Part shown: positions 62,281 to 64,000 of the stretch, piece after piece
Numbering within the stretch: position 1 is the stretch's first letter
Layout of the letters: every line of letters starts with the position of its first letter
NCBI GenBank assembly: GCA_900617105.1
Contig: UYFQ01000843.1
Span: 1-64,000 of the forward strand
Direction: 5' to 3'
DNA length: 64,000 bases
DNA from: Hydrurus foetidus
Lineage: Eukaryota
Notes under the pieces: model-generated
Databases searched by the model: none
Told to the model about the DNA's origin: nothing
Seen by the model: only the letters and a program-made list of their open reading frames with translations
Position numbers and translations under genes: made by a program

Positions 62281-64000
62281 GAAGAGAGAGAGAGAGACAG
62301 AGAGACAGAGAATGAGGAAGAGAGAGAGGGAGAGAGTGATGGAGTTAGAGAGGAGACATGGAAAGAAAAGAACATTACTATCGGAAACTGTCGCGATAAT
62401 ATGTTTAGGTAGAGCAGATGGACAGATGTGCATAAAGAACAATGAAGACAGTGAGATGTAGGTGACAGATAGAGAGATCAGACTAGAAGAATGGAAGAGC
62501 ATAAGACCCCAGACAAGACAGATCGCTCCTTTTTCTCACCTGTGACAGCTAGAGACAAAGCGACAAGCAGGAAGGAGAAGGACAGTACAGGGAGCAATTT
62601 AGGACTGAAGAATTCTTCCACAGACGCTTTGAAGGTGTGTTTGAATCGACCAAACCCAGGAACGAGAAGATTAGCCCTCCTAAGGAATGAGAAAAAATAG
62701 AGGAAGGAGGGCAGAGAGGAAACGCAGTGAGAGATAGAAGGATAAAGGAAAAAATAGAGGAAGGAGGGCAGAGAGGAAACGCAGTGAGAGATAGAAGGAT
62801 AAAGGAAAAAATAGAGGAAGGAGGGCAGAGAGGAAACGCAGTGAGAGATAGAAGGATAAAGGAAAAAATAGAGGAAGGATGCAGAGAGGAAATCAGAGAG
62901 AGATAGAAGGATAAAGGAAAAAATAGAGGAAGGAGGGCAGAGAGGAAACGCAGTGAGAGATAGAAGGATAAAGGGAAAAATAGAGGAAGGAGGGCAGAGA
63001 GGAAACGCAGTGAGGGATAGAAGGATAAAGGGAAAAATAGAGGAAGGAGGGCAGAGAGGAAACGCAGTGAGAGATAGAAGGATAAAGGAAGGAGGAAGGA
63101 GGGAGAGAGGAAGGAGAGAGAAAGGGATAAAGGAAGGAGAAGAGGAGGAGGGAAGAATAGGAGGGGAGGAAGAGGATGCGGAAAGGAAGGAAAGGAGGAG
63201 GATGATGGGGGGGGGAATGGTGGAATGGATGGAAATGAGACACAGAAATGGAAATCACATCATCACCTACTGAGTCTAGACTCTCACCTGGTACCGATGA
63301 GCACTAAAGTGTTATAGAAGCCCCACACGCAGATGGGAAACACAGCGTACAGCCGATTGCCGCTGAAGGAAAAGGGCGCCAATGATGCAATGCATATTGA
63401 AAAGTGGGTCGCGAGATCCCACTGGTAAATATTGGTGGTGTAGAGATAATTAGGTGGTGATAAGATAATTAGATGATGATAAGAAATATTGATGAATAGT
63501 GTTTTGAATATTAAGGTGGGCAGTTCCGTTACCCCGCGATAACAAAAACATTGATTCCGGAGTTATTCTGTTTGTTCCGTTAAATGTCATTACTTCTCTT
63601 CAGGTACGATTGATTTTCAAAGAAATATTATATTATGATGCTATGATTATCATGCTCTGTTCAGTTCAGTTCAGTTCAGTTCAATTCTCTACTTTGTGCC
63701 ATGACCCGCATTGACGCGAAATAGTGGTAGTCAGTCAGGGCGTTGTAGAATCACGTGCAGTGCAGTAGATTGCTATCTATGGTTGAGTCGTGTTGTACCT
63801 GAAAGGTGAATTTGTGCACTCTCAAGTTGAAGTTTCTAAGCAGCGCAGAGCCGGAGAGATACACCCACACTCGAGCCATGCCAGTCACCGGACCCGAACT
63901 AGATCGGATCAAAGGAAAAATAAAAAAAGAGGAACAGAAAGAAGATGAGAAGAGATGAAAAGTGAAGAGATGATGAAATGATAAGAGAAAAAGGGAAGAA
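55270..64000 (-). CDS. 3' part of a multi-exon gene for an unidentified multi-pass membrane protein with a Ser/Asn-rich C-terminal tail
   Basis: Hydrophobic exon-like blocks with GT/AG ends: ~63440-63290, 62680-62540 (LLPVLSFSFLLVALSLAVT), 62085-61939, 61694-61572, 60270-60108 (HNWYVLPPSHTATLLIILNLLTILL), 59500-59391 (GGLAVSATFLINIMVFIVLLV), 58950-58818 (GYACLYITMCLIKIFSLA), 57045-56545 (S/N-rich). The start lies beyond the window and the exact stop is uncertain. Confidence 0.55.
58235..58350. repeat. (TATG)n microsatellite
   Basis: Direct reading. Confidence 0.9.
62197..62275. repeat. (AG)n microsatellite
   Basis: Direct reading. Confidence 0.95.
62692..63090. repeat. Intronic minisatellite, 57-bp purine-rich unit, about 7 copies
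   Basis: Unit gaggaaggagggcagagaggaaacgcagtgagagatagaaggataaaggaaaaaata, repeated head-to-tail. Confidence 0.92.

Noticed and set aside
62692..63090. CRISPR-like array
   Set aside because: The 57-bp units are contiguous with no unique spacers, the context is a eukaryotic intron, and there are no cas genes.

Overview
Eukaryotic genomic DNA with spliceosomal introns. The TE families resemble those of protists, possibly a stramenopile, but the organism cannot be fixed from this window. The window has two distinct halves. (1) ~1-30.6 kb is a nested transposon cluster. It holds a 4.77-kb TIR DNA transposon (426-5197) of the PIF/Harbinger-ISL2EU type, whose accessory gene encodes an XPG/EXO1-family nuclease + SAP-like + SWIM protein rather than the YqaJ exonuclease expected for ISL2EU; this element sits inside the gag-protease of Gypsy A. 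The cluster also holds a full-length chromodomain Gypsy (B, 12888-19598, TSD CCTT) nested in Gypsy C, which is itself nested in a Copia (D), plus a deleted Gypsy (E). Gypsy A, B and C have no tRNA primer-binding site. Each has a perfect 12-bp palindrome abutting the 5' LTR, with the sequence differing between lineages. (2) ~30.9-64 kb carries three multi-exon host genes with microsatellite-filled introns: VPS33 (-), an unidentified coiled-coil gene (+) and an unidentified multi-pass membrane protein gene (-, runs off the window). This half also has two copies of a repeat with a ~200-bp hairpin whose loop is in opposite (flip/flop) orientations. All calls come from reading motifs by eye; no database search was run.
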